Assembly: GCA_964304625.1 (NCBI GenBank)
Contig: OZ199838.1
Span: forward strand, 274,148-338,147
Direction of reading: 5' to 3'
Length of the DNA: 64,000 bases
Source: Kudoa neothunni
Lineage: Eukaryota; Animalia; Cnidaria
Positions 27,313-41,591 of this stretch are shown here, in pieces. The notes under the pieces were generated by a model, which ran no database searches, was not told the DNA's origin, and saw only the letters and a list, made by a program, of their open reading frames with translations. The stretch's first letter is position 1. Every line of letters starts with the position of its first letter. The position numbers and the translations under genes were made by a program.

Positions 27313-28615
27313 CCCTCTCGTGACCTCATTTTAGGTAAATCTTATTTTTAAAAATGAAAACCTCCAAGATTTCCGTAAAAAATTCATTTTGTCTTAGAAA
27401 ATATATTTGTATACTAAAAAATTCAAGCTTTTGAAAAATATAAAGATTTATCTTAGATAAAATGCTTGTATAATTGAGCACATGTTCTCCATATGTCCCC
27501 ATACTTCAAGTTTTAACTTCGTATTAAAATTATTAAAAGATAAAAATAAATAACGACATATTAACAGAATTAATATATATTAGAACTTAAAGAAATGACC
27601 TAATTGTATGTTTTCCTTTTTCCTATCGAGGGATAGCGATGACTTCATAAGATTAAATTAAGATTTATTGGCTACATGTGTTTTAAGCGTTAGGAATTAA
27701 CAAAGTGTATTATTTACTTTTTCATTATCAATTTAAGAAGAAATTTATAATTAGGAATGCCCTTTGATAACAATATCAATAATTTGAGGCTAAACTACAA
27801 TATAAATGTACCATCATCAAAGGAAAGGGGGCATCATCATTCACATTTATAATATATTTTCGATCTATTTAAAAAATGTATTGATAATGGCGAAACGCCT
27901 AATTCACGGAAAGCATTGGTTCATGGAAAAGATCACGGTGTGTGTGTATTTTGTCCACGAAATATTGATCGAAAAACTAATATACGGTGCTATAACTACG
28001 AGAGATGTATTCGCTTGTCTTACACATTCAAAAAAAGGTTTTATAATGTCAGCCACGTAGTTTAGAATCCGATTGATGTTATCTTTGAAAACATTGTTTT
28101 ATCTTTAGATAACCTCGGAATTAATGCAGTTTATTGTTAAATTTTTCGTATTTAATTTTTTTATTTGAATGTATAAACATACTCAAATACTTGCAACCGT
28201 GACCAGACATAATCTTACTTTCACTTTTGGGATTAATGACTTTTTCCGGAAATGATGCCTGATGTCTTGTATGGTCGCTTGTGTGCATTTCTTATCTATA
28301 TTTGATTGAACCCCCGTTATTATACTTGTATGAACTTTCAAAAATGTAAATATAATAAAGCATATTTTAAACATACAATAACATGCGTTCTGTTGCAGAT
28401 GTTTACAATATTTAATCGAAGAATTAATTATATTTTTCCCAATTTTATTATCTCTAAAGCAAATTTCTAAACTGTTAATGCTGCTGCGTTACGAGTAATA
28501 ATTGCAATAATAACTTATTGATTCTATTGCGCAATAAAATAAGAAAATAACGATGGAGTTAAAAACGACCCCCATAGGTACATACTGGAATTTTCGACAC
28601 ATGATCCTTCGACGG
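27313..28615. mobile_element. Possible non-autonomous piggyBac-like element
   Basis: TTAA-CCCT at 27309, CGG-TTAA (TTAA 28616-28619) and a subterminal palindrome-like GGAGTTAAAAACGACCCC; TIR match is poor. Confidence 0.3.
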
Positions 28616-28802
28616 TTAAATAATAAAATGTATGTCGACGAAAAATTCAAAGAATATTTCGCTTTCGCTTAAATGGAAGTATGATTTACTATACGATTGG
28701 ATTAAGCAGTTAACTAAAACTACTCCTGCCACATAATGCATAATAATGACAAAATTATCAGCATAACCAACGATAATGTAGGGAGAAGAGATATAATAGC
28801 TG

Positions 28803-31488
28803 TCAAGGATTATTCCACAGGTGTGTTACAAGCGGTTTGAGTTGAGATTCGAGTTGTAGTCGTAAGGTTGAATTGAATGGCGTTATGGAATCCTCACACC
28901 AATATTTAATTTTTGGAGCACGTTGCTGAGTGAAATTGACAATACTCATACTTGTTCCAACAATTAGAATAAGACAACCATAGACGATAACACAGTAACA
29001 AGCGAGTTTTGTAAAATTGTCTATTTTGAAGCCTTGATCCATAATAAATAGCATGGAAAGTCCTGGAAGGATATAAACTAAAATGTGTTAAAATTCACTG
29101 AAGATATTTTGCAATAAATTACCGACCGGAGCAGCTATCAATGATCCCTTAAATCTGAAATTAATGTTAACATCCAGAAATTCCAATTTACCGACAAACT
29201 CATCACCAATTCTATGTCTGCAATGAAAACCGCACACAAGTAACATATGATGATAAGGATAGCTGTGAGAAGTAGATGCACAAACCAGTTGAATTTATAT
29301 TTTTTATGAATAATGGTGCTAATTGCCTCTCTAGAGGAATAGATTTGTAGTGGAGATGTTAGAAGGACGGTTGCGGTGAACGCAATTCTGGCGAATAGGA
29401 TTGAAAAATTGGAAGTGCAGTAGTCGATCAACAAATTTCCTACATAATTTTACTATTTTTCTTTGAATCCGAATATGTTGGCTACCGCTAGCATTCCCTG
29501 TGAAGGTGATGTATCCTGCAATGGAGATTGCGATATACAAGATGGTGGTAGTAAATAAGGCGCCATGTGTTGCGTAGCTGAATTTTTTGATACTGATTTC
29601 AGTCATTGATCGAAAGATTGGCAGAACGTTGTGATGGCATGACAGGGCTATCAACCAAAAAATCGTATAATCATTTATCCATCAATGGATGCTTATCGAA
29701 TAATGACTTACCAAAAGCGAACACATTGATAGTGTTAATAAACCCACCTCTTGCATTCGAAACAAATCCCTCCATATAATACCTGTGCCGTTAACTCATA
29801 AGAATCAAGCAAATTAAAACTCGATACATTTGTTTTGGAACCACAAACATATTGTAAATCACCACCACAATATAAATAAACACAAGCCCTACTGAGAATA
29901 ATGAAGCCTTCAAATATTATTAATGTTGAAGACCAACCAAAATCACACTCCAACTAGTACCTTATCCAGCATGGATATATTTCTCAACGATGATAGCGGG
30001 AAAATTACTACAACTGTGGCGATAAGCAGCAAAAATCGCTCATCCAGATACCACGAAATTTTCGTTGGAATCCCATCTAAATCGGAATTTTAAATAAATC
30101 ATTTTCGTTCTTTAGTTTGAATATTATTTTTGTTTTACCAACCGATAAATATTGCTCTAATATGTATCATGTAATATTACTCATTTTATTTCGGTTTATA
30201 TGAAAACCCGCTATTATATGAGATATTGAAAACGCTTAAATTGTATAGTTTTTCAATTTTTATATTTTTTAATCTTTTCAAATGAATTTCTAACAATTGT
30301 TAGCGCTATTTGTTTTATGCAGTCTATTTCGATAAGCTAAAATTAGTCATGATTTATTTTATGATAGTAATTTATGAACTATATTATATTGACTATATAT
30401 TATTTTAATTACCTCAATTTTAAATATTATTAAATGGAATCCAAAAATAATTAAGAAAAATTTGTAAAAGTACGTAGCATCATGCATTCGCATATTTTTA
30501 TGTTATTTGTATCTATAAATATAGGAGAAAAATTAATTTAACACTCTTTAGTCACCATTTTTTAAAATTGAATACAATTTGTTTTACATATTCTACCTCA
30601 AACAAAGAATTGATGAATTTTAATGAACGAGTTTTCCACCCTTACGCCATAAATTTATTGAATAGCGCGTATCTTTTTAATAATTGGCACAAAATTAAAT
30701 TCATCCCAGTAAATTATAAGCTGATGTAAATATATTGTTTTCCTATTTTTATGGGAAATTAATAAATTTTAGAAATATTTACAGAAATAATCTTTGATGT
30801 CCCTGATGTTGTCACGAATAGCTATGGAATAGGATATTACAGCTAGATAAATTAGTAATTGTTGATGTTTTGTTGTTATTACATAAAATTTAAAACTACC
30901 AAATAATGGATATACCACTTGACATATACTTATCACAACCAAACCAAATCTTCCAAGTGCTTTGTGTATCACCTCCTAAACAATCGAGTCGAATCGAATT
31001 GAGTTGAGTTTATTGCCATATCAAATGCTTTCACCTGATAAGTGAACTTATCTACCATAGCACCCGACTTTGAGATAGCTAGTATAGCGAAATCTACCAC
31101 AAAATTTAAACGATAAGTGTTAATATAATAAATTTTTACCAGCAAATATAGCACTTACAAGTAACAAACAAACCCCAAGCAAAATTCCACTCTGTGAGAG
31201 TGCATTCGCTAACGCTATTCGCAAGTAGAAATGAGAACTAGAGTATTTTTCGTACCGATAACACCAGAACCAATAATCATGTTGCATAAATTGATAGTGG
31301 TTAAAAATACATTACTTCGTTTGGCGTTACGCTAGTTGATTATCATTTTCAATAATAAATCTCATACAACAACATATATGAAATGCTACCTCCATCCCTG
31401 GAAGTATGTGATCATCTCCAACGTACATGTTTACCAGTGGATTTAATATTTTGAAATTCGATATATCTTTGCTATATTCATATTGCAT
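28803..31488 (-). CDS. SLC38-family (SLC38A11-like) sodium-coupled neutral amino-acid transporter, multi-exon
   Basis: TTINLCNMIIGSGVI (TM1), ALSQSGILLG, ALSCHHNVLPIFRSM, GYITF, LLTSPLQIYSSRE, ILPGL; many short GT-AG introns; TGA at 28803. Confidence 0.88.
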
Positions 31489-32139
31489 TGTTAGTGATAA
31501 AATATTAAATCTCCAGGTTGATTGATAATCTTGGAATTTATGCGGAACTAATGACCGTTAATATTAGTCCACTTGAAGAAAACCAGCTGGATACACTATT
31601 TAATGCTAAAAATTTGGTTATTTTTTTAAGGATGGATAAGATTTTTAATTGGTGTTACTTTACGAGCAAAATGTTGATATTAAATTTTGTTTAACTTGAC
31701 CACCTTAACAGCTTGAATTTCATGTGAGTTAGTGTGAGAAAAATAAGTCTTTATATCATAATTTTTAACTAAATAATGATTTCTCCTCTATTACTTACTG
31801 TAGATCATTTATTTGTTTATTTATTTGGAATATTAACGAACGTCCTTTATCTAACGATCTGTCATTTTAAATTTATTTTGTAATCATATTCATTTCTAAA
31901 ATATGTAAACATATTAGTTGAAATATTTTCGGAATAATTCTAAGCTTGATAAAAATCTTAACTACTCTATACCAAAGAATGTTTTATCGAGACTTTACTG
32001 TATACAGTAAATTAATCGTTGAGTCCTCATTTTTTTTCGCAAGAAAATTTTATTATAGAACAATATTTTTTTAACTTTAAATTAAATTTTGTTAAATAAA
32101 CACAGAAAAACTAAAGATAACTTTCCAATAATAGCCGAT

Positions 32140-33126
32140 GGCGTAAGTTTTGAGGATGAGCGATTTTGACCATGATTTATTGCCAAATGATGATATTGAG
32201 GTCGGTAAAATTTATGAAGAAATTCAATAATTTAATATTACATCTGAATCAGATTTTTATGACGACAAAATTGTCGAAAATTGCTATGTTGATAAAAATG
32301 GAGATAAATGGTCGATTGAAATGCCTAGAATAGCAGAAACTAAAAGTTATATTATATTATAATTAATACAAGGGTGATGTACACACAGTCGATAGGATTA
32401 TATCCACATAAAGTGTCAAAAGATACACAAATCGATGACCAACAGTTGTTTTCTGCAATTTGATTGATATTAGCTTAATTAACACATTTCACATTTACAA
32501 GGATATTTTCTCAGATTCAAATTTTTATAACAGTTAGCTGATAGTTTAGCTAAAAATTATATTCGCATCAACATAAAATAAGTTGAACAAAACGTTTCGA
32601 CTAGCGAGCCTCGTTCTAGTAGAAAATTTCTACTAGAAAACGTGCTATCCGTTTGACAATGTTTGAGGCAAACAAATAAAAACATTTAGTTCCGATGGAC
32701 AATTATATTGTAAAAATCACTCAAAAGTTACCTACTCAAAATTCTTCAAATAAATCAATTATTAGGTTTCAAAAAAATATATTAAAGTTTTCATTTTTCT
32801 TTATAAACGATTGATTTTTTAATTCTCAAAAATGTACCTTACACTAATTTTATGAAATATTTGAAAATTCATCAAAAGGAATGGTCATGCGACTTAAATT
32901 AGTCAAATGATGAAATAAATACACAATTTATTGGCTTCGGTATTGTTCGTACGATCTCGTAGGAGCTATTTTTAGCCATTACTCCAAAGTTAATGATTAG
33001 ATTTAAGTTTTGTCCCCATAAAATGTCACAGAATATTTTATTACATAATTATAGGGGGAAACATATATGGGGTTATGTTGACTCGAAAAGAAAGAATGTA
33101 TCGTCGATTTTGGGGCGCCAGGAAGG
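32140..33126 (+). mobile_element. Internally deleted piggyBac remnant; left end not identified
   Basis: Acidic N-terminal fragment; R*PTVVFCNLIDISLINTF C-terminal motif at ~32433; right end GGAAGG-TTAA (TTAA 33127-33130). Confidence 0.55.
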
Positions 33127-34320
33127 TTAAAAGTGGAAATAATCGACGAAGGCTGTTAAATAAACAAAAATGAATATTCTTGTTTATTTTGGAATTTGTT
33201 TAAAAATTTTATATGTTAACTTCAATAAAATCGTCCTATTTAAAAATTAAAAGTAGGTCTGATAAGCATCCAGCAACGTGCATCGACACACAAAGCATTG
33301 TTTTCGCTCTGTAGAAGAGAGGAGAGGAGAAGAGATAACATTACCTCTCGTTCGGTGATAGAATTCTTGTTCTATTCAAAAAACGAATACACTTTTTTAT
33401 ATATTTTTACAAAAATTATGAATAAACAACCTTAATTCTAGTTTCGTCTGTAGATTGCGGATAATTTAATGGAAGGAGTTCTGAACCGGATGTAAATTTT
33501 AAATGATGGGATGAATTAAGTAACATCAAAATTGAATAAGGGAAATTTTTGCATAATAAGGTTTGTGACTTGCTTCAGGATTTTTACGGAATTATATTAA
33601 TTAGGGCATTTAATCTCAATGAATATATTTGGAAAAAATGCTAAAAATATTTTCAAGAATAATTATCTAACTATAATTTATAATACTATTATCAGTCCCT
33701 TTCTTTTACGCCTCGTTTATCTTCTAATGATGTTGCCTCATATTACATAATTTGGCTCTCTGCATGATAAATAATATTCAAATGTCACTAGTATTGATTA
33801 TTTTTAAATTTGCTTGCCCCCCCCCAAAGAGCGAAGGAATTGGTAAGAAATAATTTAATTTAGCATAATCTGAAAAATTCAATCCTTAGACAGCATGTGG
33901 CATGTGAGTGAGAGTTGATGGGATTAAAAATTGTCATTGCACAAGCGTACACGGCATTTAGGATTAGAATTTACCCTGCAAGTAGCTTCTACCATGACAA
34001 AACCGATACAAAATCTCAAGTTCAATATGAATGTGAACTGCAAATTAAGTAGGTGAATTTTGATTTATTACTAGGCCGATGGGTAAATTCGAAGAAACGG
34101 TTGAGAACCCCTGTTTGGGAGAATATTAATATTATTTATATGTAAAAAAGGCGCAAAGTTTGCTATAAAATTAATTTCAGAGCGATTCCTATAGCATAAT
34201 AAAATAATAGAGATTGGCATAAGTCGCTCGACAGAAAACACACCGTACAAAAAACATAAATAAAGCACGTAAAAATAGTTACGGACAATCGACATCAAAA
34301 GTGATTGCCGAAAGCTATTA

Positions 34321-37300
34321 CTATTGAATTTTATTTGAATTAGAGGGGGTTTGGTCGAATGCATTAGTGACAGTAGTGTGCGGTTGCTGATGATATTCAG
34401 CGGGGTTTTGAGTGTTACCAACTTCTTCATCAACTTGGGCGTTATTACCATGGTCGGGTTCAACTGATGCATTCAGAGTGTCCTCAGCAGAAATCACTTC
34501 AATAAGGCCATTAATAGGCCGCAGATGAGTTTTACTGGAGGGGATCCTATTGTTGGTGTCACCTATAGGTAAGCTGCTTTTTATAGTAGCTTCAGTGAGA
34601 ATAGGATATGGTGGTGGTAATGTTGAAGTTTCTGTAACATTGGTACCAGCAGCAAAAACTGTTTGAGGGATGACACCATCGATCAGGACGGCATCGTTAT
34701 GTACATCAGCAACGGCAGTACTGGCAACATCATCCTCATGCGAAATAGGAAGAAAAACACTGTTGAATTTGTTGGACTGCGAATTAGCAGTAACTGTATT
34801 CGGGTAGTCATTCATCCCAGCCATATTATTAACATGATTCCCATCATAAATACTATGATCTGTCGCTCCAATAGTACTGGCAGCGGCTGCGGCGGCCGCT
34901 GCAACTTCAGGAACGACTTTACGAAAACGTGACAATTTCTCGGTGGGTGCTTGGGCGAATTTTTGACTGGGTTCTTCGGTCACTATCATAAATCGGTTTT
35001 TCTTAGAAACGCCACTGGCTTTGCTATTATCACTATGGAAATTGTTCTGTGCATATGGTTCGGATGATTCGGAGGTGTCTCGCGGTTGAAGATGAATATC
35101 ATCAGGATGTTCGTAGACAACAGTTTGATGGTTGTGTGGTTGCTGTTGTTGTTGTTGTTGCTGTTGCTGTTGCTGGTTTATGGGGAAGTTGGGGTTGTTG
35201 CTGAGTGTCGATACATCATTTTGATTGAGTTGTGGATTGATCAAAGCAGTTGGATGAACAATTTGAATCTTTTGGGCATGTGGACCGATGTCCCCACCAA
35301 CATATTGATGATTTTGTTGATTTCCAGCAAGCATGGCGTGTTTACGACTGTCCCATGAGAAATAGAGGGTTCGAGCTCCATTCTTTGACCCGAACCTAGT
35401 GTAAACGGGGTAGGTTTGATAGGGCTGAGCTTGAGGAGGTGGTGGTGATGGCGCAGTTGGATGAACAACGGGAGGTGCAATGATTTTCTCATGATAAGAG
35501 CTATTCATACACGTGGCTGTGTCTACTTTTTGATGACACCATCCATGTGTCATATCATGTCTACTATTCCACATGTTTCTGTTACGTAAATCAACTTGTG
35601 AAAAGTTATTCCCAGTTGGAATAGAACGATCGCAGGCAACTGGTGCACCAGCTGTCGAGACTGGAGGAACATTAACACCAGCACCAGCGGCGGCAGCGGC
35701 AGCAGCAGCAGCACTGGGATAAGTGCATGTATTAAAACTGGAATTTTTATTCAAATGTGAGCCAGCAGTAACAAAACTTTTGTCCACATTGATTGGTGGT
35801 TGAGGGAGTTCTTCATAGACGTTGGAAAAACTGTTCAAACGAGCACAATGATCGTCGAATGGGTGGTAACCACAATTCATTCGATTAGTGCTGTTGTTAC
35901 AACAGAGATATTTTAAAAATGAATTTTCCTTTTTTAACAACTTGTATTTTTCTTGATAATAAGTGACTTCATTTTCTAACGCGGATAGTTTGGTATCATA
36001 TTGAGTTATAGATTGTTTGTAGCGGTTTTCCAACTTGGCGATGTTGATTTTGCTTTTAAGCTTGAGATTTTCAAGTTTTTTCGATAGCAACGCGTTGATT
36101 TCAATTAAATATTTTTGACCGCGATAATCTGGCACAAACTTAGGATAGTCATATAAAGTGGGATAGTCATTGCTCCCATAGAGACCAACTGAAGAATCTG
36201 ATGAATCGCTTAGATCGTGTTCGCATTTGAACTCGTAATTTCCATGACGAGCATTATTTTTAAATTTTGAATTAGGAACAATAGGTGGATTGACAACCGA
36301 AGTGCAATCAGCACTATAGGGATGATTGAGGTTGCAATGATGACAAAAAGGTTTTCTTGAAGCATTCAAATGGGCGCTACTCTTCGCATTTGATTTGTAA
36401 TCACGATCGTGATATTGATCGGAAGCTCGTATAATAGGAACAGCTAAAATAATTATAACATTAGCAATAGAAGCGCACAAAATCCACCCAATACAATAGA
36501 TTACTATTATGGGGGTTGTGATTGTAGGCGGATCGTACAAACGGAGGTGAAACTCTCCTCTTAGCAGTATCACCAAACACACGATGAAATCCAATCTCAT
36601 CTAATGTAACATAGCTGGAGTTGTTTTCATCGACATCATCAACATTAGGGGATCTGTAGGAATCAGTTATATCACGAAAACCACCATTTTTAGTGAGTGT
36701 TCGGTTAGGTGAAGGTTCCAACTGATGAGCCTGTCGAGTTTGTTTGGTTGCAGCAGGCAGTGGCACTTTCGGAGAGTCTTGATTATGCTTGTAGGTACGG
36801 TATTTTTTTCTTTTTGTTGTAAATCTCGACCCTTTATCAGAACTACCCAACGCAGTGGAGGGGGTGGTATTGTCCAACAACATAACACCAGTAGTAGACA
36901 AACCAGAAGAGGTATAATCCATTTTTTTACGTGGATTAGAATTATGTAATCCAGTAATTTTCTTATGTGGTGTTTGGTGAGGTGGATCTCTTGTTGAAGT
37001 GCCACACTCAACTATGAGTCAAAATAAGATATGCGACAAATAGGCACATAGTTAAATCACTATTTTTTAAACGTGCCTCTCCTTTACGAGGGCCGCTTGA
37101 AGATGGATGGTGGTCGGATGTGGTTTTATTTGTGTTCTTACGCGTAGGATAAGCTTGATTTTGCATATGCGTAGAAGAAAACCAATGGATTCTATTGCAA
37201 CTATCTGCTAACGAATTGCTATCAGCGGTTGGATCCAAATATTCACCTATCCCACAAAACACACATACAACTTTCTATTCATAACCACCGATCTAATTAC

Positions 37301-37522
37301 TGGTGTTTATATGATTCACGAATGATTTGAAATTCTCTAATGGATTATTATCCACAGAAATACTGTCCAAAACCTTCAAACTTGACGAACTAGCAATGTG
37401 CCGGTGCTCACCGAAAGGTTGGGACGAGGTTGCACGGTTTTGAATTACTAAAAAAATCGCTATTACCAATCAGATACACACTCCAATGAAGTCATTAACG
37501 CACGAGTTGATCGATCACCCAT
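34321..37522 (-). CDS. Large low-complexity protein with a coiled coil and polyQ/polyA tracts; function unknown; multi-exon
   Basis: Terminal open frame of >2.1 kb in AT-rich DNA, upstream exons at ~36.5-36.9, 37.0-37.25 and 37.3-37.45 kb, candidate ATG at 37520-37522; heptad region LENLKLK...LKKENSFLK. Confidence 0.75.
35141..35175 (-). repeat. CAA/CAG trinucleotide repeat encoding polyQ
   Basis: TGCTGTTGTTGTTG... inside the CDS. Confidence 0.9.
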
Positions 37523-38399
37523 TGATAAATCGAGTTGTAATTATTGTAACCTAAAAAGTGGTCAACATTGCGCAATATTTAACAGGTTCTTTCTGCGTGC
37601 GCGCTGTTTGTATTTTTCGATTTTAGATAGATCTAGTTTTGTGCTACATTTAGCTTAAATAGGAAAAATTTATTTTAGTATTTTTAGGAATTAATCTTTT
37701 TGTTCAATCACGTATTTTGTGATTGCAACAAAAGACTTTTATTACCTTTGTAAAATCACTCGAGTTTTGTGTAGTTTCGAAAACAAATGATCACACCAAT
37801 ATCATCATTGTAGAACTTTATTTTTAAACGTTTATTATCAAAATTATCAAATATTAGTATTTATTGTAATGAAGTTTAAAGTGTGAAAATTAATCTATCA
37901 CGTATTCGATAGTATTTATGATTAGTGCACAATTTATCCTTTGAAAATTTTACTATTTCAATATCAATGTTATTCCAAAATATCAATGATTCAATATGTT
38001 ATTGTTATCTTCGTATGAAATTATTACGATAAAATCTTAATAATTATTAACTAGTTGAATGTGATCACGTCGAATAATTGAAAAAATATTGAAAATTAGT
38101 AAATTGGATAATTTTTCGAAATTTTTGTTTGATCGAATGAAGTTAAAATAGCATTGATAATCATAACAATGATAAAGTTTATCATTATTCCCTAGTGAAT
38201 TTTTGTTACTATTTAAAAACGCTAATAATCTTCTCGTATTGATAGATAAATATTTTAAAAAATAATCTGTTTGTTCAAATCTAAACAATTTGATACGTTT
38301 TATATGAGAAGATGCGTTATTTAAATATCTAGGCCGAATATAATCCATTAATCAGCAATTTTTGCAATTAAGATTTAGCAGTATTTATATCCCATAAGG

Positions 38400-38870
38400 C
38401 AAGGGTCGGGAGCCTATGGCACGCGAACAAATTCTCAATTTAAAAAATGCTTATTTAAACTTTTTTGCGAATGTGCGAAACAATCACTACGGAAAATCGG
38501 TTACCTACTGTAATCACACACTGCAGCATGCGAGTATTGTTGCAATGGACAATGTTGGACTCTGCGTTTGCATGTGAGCAGTCTTACTGCATCTGCATCT
38601 AAAGGCATGAAGGACAATCTATGGTCACGTATCCACTACATTACCAAGTCATATCCAGACCAAACAGAACCTCAAATCGCATTGATGATGAGAAATATTC
38701 TTCATTGGTTAGCGGTTAGCGGTTAGCAATCGAGTAATAATGCTAGTAAAAAGAATTTAATGACTTCTATTTTTAGTTTAAAACATGTTGTATGACTTTC
38801 GTGTAGTTAATTTTTAAAAAAAATATGAGGCCTTCGTGGCTCTCTCACCAACAAAAGTTCCCAATCCATG
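38400..38870. mobile_element. hAT MITE / deletion derivative
   Basis: TIRs CAAGGGTCGGGAGC / CATGGATTGGGAAC; 8-bp direct repeat CATAAGGC at 38393-38400 and 38871-38878; ACEQ-like dimerisation-domain remnant inside. Confidence 0.8.
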
Positions 38871-40285
38871 CATAAGGCGTCTTTAAACTAAATTTCCCTT
38901 AATATTTCATCTTACTATACACCATGTTTCCCTAAATATAAGACAGGTTGTATTTTCGGAGGTTTAATAAGGGACAAAATAATATTTTCATTGAAAGAAA
39001 TAAGTTGAGTAACATAATTTGATGAGTATGTTTATCCTTTTTTTTAATAAAGATAAATGACAATCAAATACCAAAATTTATGTGTTTAATGAGCATTTTA
39101 CCTTTAAAACGTTTATTATTAGTAACTATCAATTAAAATTACATTTTTACAGATATTTTGGTGTATAATTCAATATATCCAGATTTTGAATATTTTACTG
39201 GGCTTTATAAAAAAACTAACTTAAGAATGTCATTAGGTCTTATAATCTGTAAACGCGGTCAAATTAAATTTGGCAACTAGTCATTTAAGCCGCGAAATCT
39301 TCTGGACATTGGTGCAGAAGGTGTCAAAAGGCCTATAGAAGAGATTTTGTATTAAATTCAATAATGATTTAAAAAGTAATACCGAAAAGAATGAAATGAT
39401 TTTAAGCGCGTTTTTAAATCATTCAGTGAATATGAATAGAGTTTTTGAGTGGTAAGAACGCTTGAATGAAAGAAGAAACCTGACTCATAGTTAGAATCGT
39501 TCAGTTTGACTTTAATTATCGAAATTCCTGATAAAATAAAATATCTAAATGTCATTGGATCATGTCAAGCTATATTGAAGAGTGATTTTTATATGAGAAA
39601 AGTTTACTTCTGCGCTCATCAAGAGACGATAATTTCATAAAATTTAATGTAAACGATGATGAATCTTGAGTTTACGATTATAATCTCGAAACTAAAGTTC
39701 TATCTTCATTTAAAAAAGAATAATTTACTACGTATACGCGCACCTCAACCTTGTACGGATAAAAGTGAATTTTATGGAATTTATGAGATGCTATTTACCG
39801 TCAATGACATCACATGCATTCCACTGGATATTTATTGAAACCTGCTTCAAAATAATGCGCCTTCATGTAAATCTTTAAAGATTTTAGCTTTTTAATTATT
39901 TCAACCTCATATTTTTATAAAGTCATTTTTGAAGTGAAAACCCATATAATGTGTTTTAAATCGTTTAGAGTAGGTCTAAAATAGAAATAATGTTTTCTTA
40001 ATTAATTTTCTAAACAAAATTGTAACACTTCTCGGGAGCCTTAAAAAATCTCAATATCAAAATATAATATTGAAATTTTGAGATTCATGTAATTCATGAA
40101 TGACTCCAAAATATTCTGATCCGAATGTTAACTTTATTAATTTGTTAATCATAATGTACAAAATAGTTTACTATAACGTTATCTAAAAATTCTAATTTTC
40201 CGTGGTTAAAACTTTGAAAAATTTAACTTTACGAAAACAACTTGATTTCTGACTGTTAACTTTCCATTTCAAATTTGGTTTTCAA

Positions 40286-40942
40286 TCAATGATCCATCGA
40301 ATTATAATTTTTTATGTTAGAAAATAATTTTAAAATACTGGTTGGAAGGAAATTTTCCATTAGTGTGCTCCAATGTTGCTGATTGGTTGATTCGAATGGA
40401 GAATTGCAGTTGTTATTGTTAGCTGTGGCTGCTTGTGTGGAATGATTAGTAGGAAGGGATTGGTTTTCGGTATGTTCTTGTCCAACACAACCGCCGTTGT
40501 ATTGATTGTAACAAGGATTAATGCGTTGAATGCCGTTGGCGGTATGATGAGTAGATTCATAATGTGTGGGGGTGATCTGAGTTAGGGTACCATCATGGTT
40601 GTTGAATGTGAAACAAAAGGGATTGCGAGATCGATTGTTTTGCATGTTTTCAGCGTCGCTATCATCAATGTTTTCCACGTTGATGACGAAGAATTTGGAT
40701 TTTTCGTACTCTACCAACGAACCATTATCAGAAGTTTGAACCTGGTGGGTTGTTATGTTGATAACTTTGCTATTTGATCGTTTATGCCGTCTTTTCTTGG
40801 TTCCATTTACGGCGTAGATGTGAGTGTTGCTTGACAATGAGTTTTGTGCAGATCGAAGTTGAACGGAGTTTTCACTTTGAATATCGTTACCGATTTCGCC
40901 ATTATGATTGAGATTGTTTTGCAAAGGATTGGGTGATACCAT
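40286..40942 (-). CDS. Orphan Asn/Ser/His-rich protein (218 aa) with basic KKRRHKR (NLS-like)
   Basis: Uninterrupted 657-bp ORF with coding-like GC in very AT-rich context; no family recognised. Confidence 0.55.
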   Translation of the reverse strand: MVSPNPLQNNLNHNGEIGNDIQSENSVQLRSAQNSLSSNTHIYAVNGTKKRRHKRSNSKVINITTHQVQTSDNGSLVEYEKSKFFVINVENIDDSDAENMQNNRSRNPFCFTFNNHDGTLTQITPTHYESTHHTANGIQRINPCYNQYNGGCVGQEHTENQSLPTNHSTQAATANNNNCNSPFESTNQQHWSTLMENFLPTSILKLFSNIKNYNSMDH

Positions 40943-41591
40943 TATCGCCTTAGCAATTATTGTTGGAATTAAGACTTGAGCGTTCCGTTGAAAAAACTCG
41001 ACCCGAGCTTCGTCCTCAATTACTCAATATTCTCTCACCAATAATCTTCGTCTAATAACTCCCTATTCAGATTAACATATTGTTAAGTTTGACTCAATCT
41101 GCTAACAGAAAAAATAAAGATACGCAAATACGTTGAGTTCGACCTGATTCCTGTACTAAATACACAGTTTATGTGAATCACATGGGGCCGGTTCATCATA
41201 ATTCTAAAACTCATCCTCTTATTTTTTAAGGATTGATTGATCTGTTTAGCGAGGTGGCTATTTTCCTTGAATAATAAATGGATTCTTATTAAAATCAGAT
41301 GATACAAAATCAACACAATTCAAGTCTAGCGTTTTTATTGGTCCGCTCATTAAAATCAACCAATCTATCCCCAATGCATAGATAGGGACAGATTTTACTC
41401 CAACGTCTCTCGAATGAACAATAATATGGAGCGAAGATTATTGCAGAATAACTCAAAAAATGACGAAAATTTTCTAAGGCTAAACAATATCGATGGGATT
41501 CGAATCATTTTCACCTTAATATTCTTAACTTTGAGATTTATTTCAAGTGTGCTATTTTAAGGTTGTTCGTGACTTTTCTATTTTGATTAAC

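Noticed and set aside
34663-37011. Antisense and alternate-frame ORFs overlapping the large gene
   Set aside because: Shadow ORFs of a GC-richer, repeat-containing coding region; no recognisable motifs.
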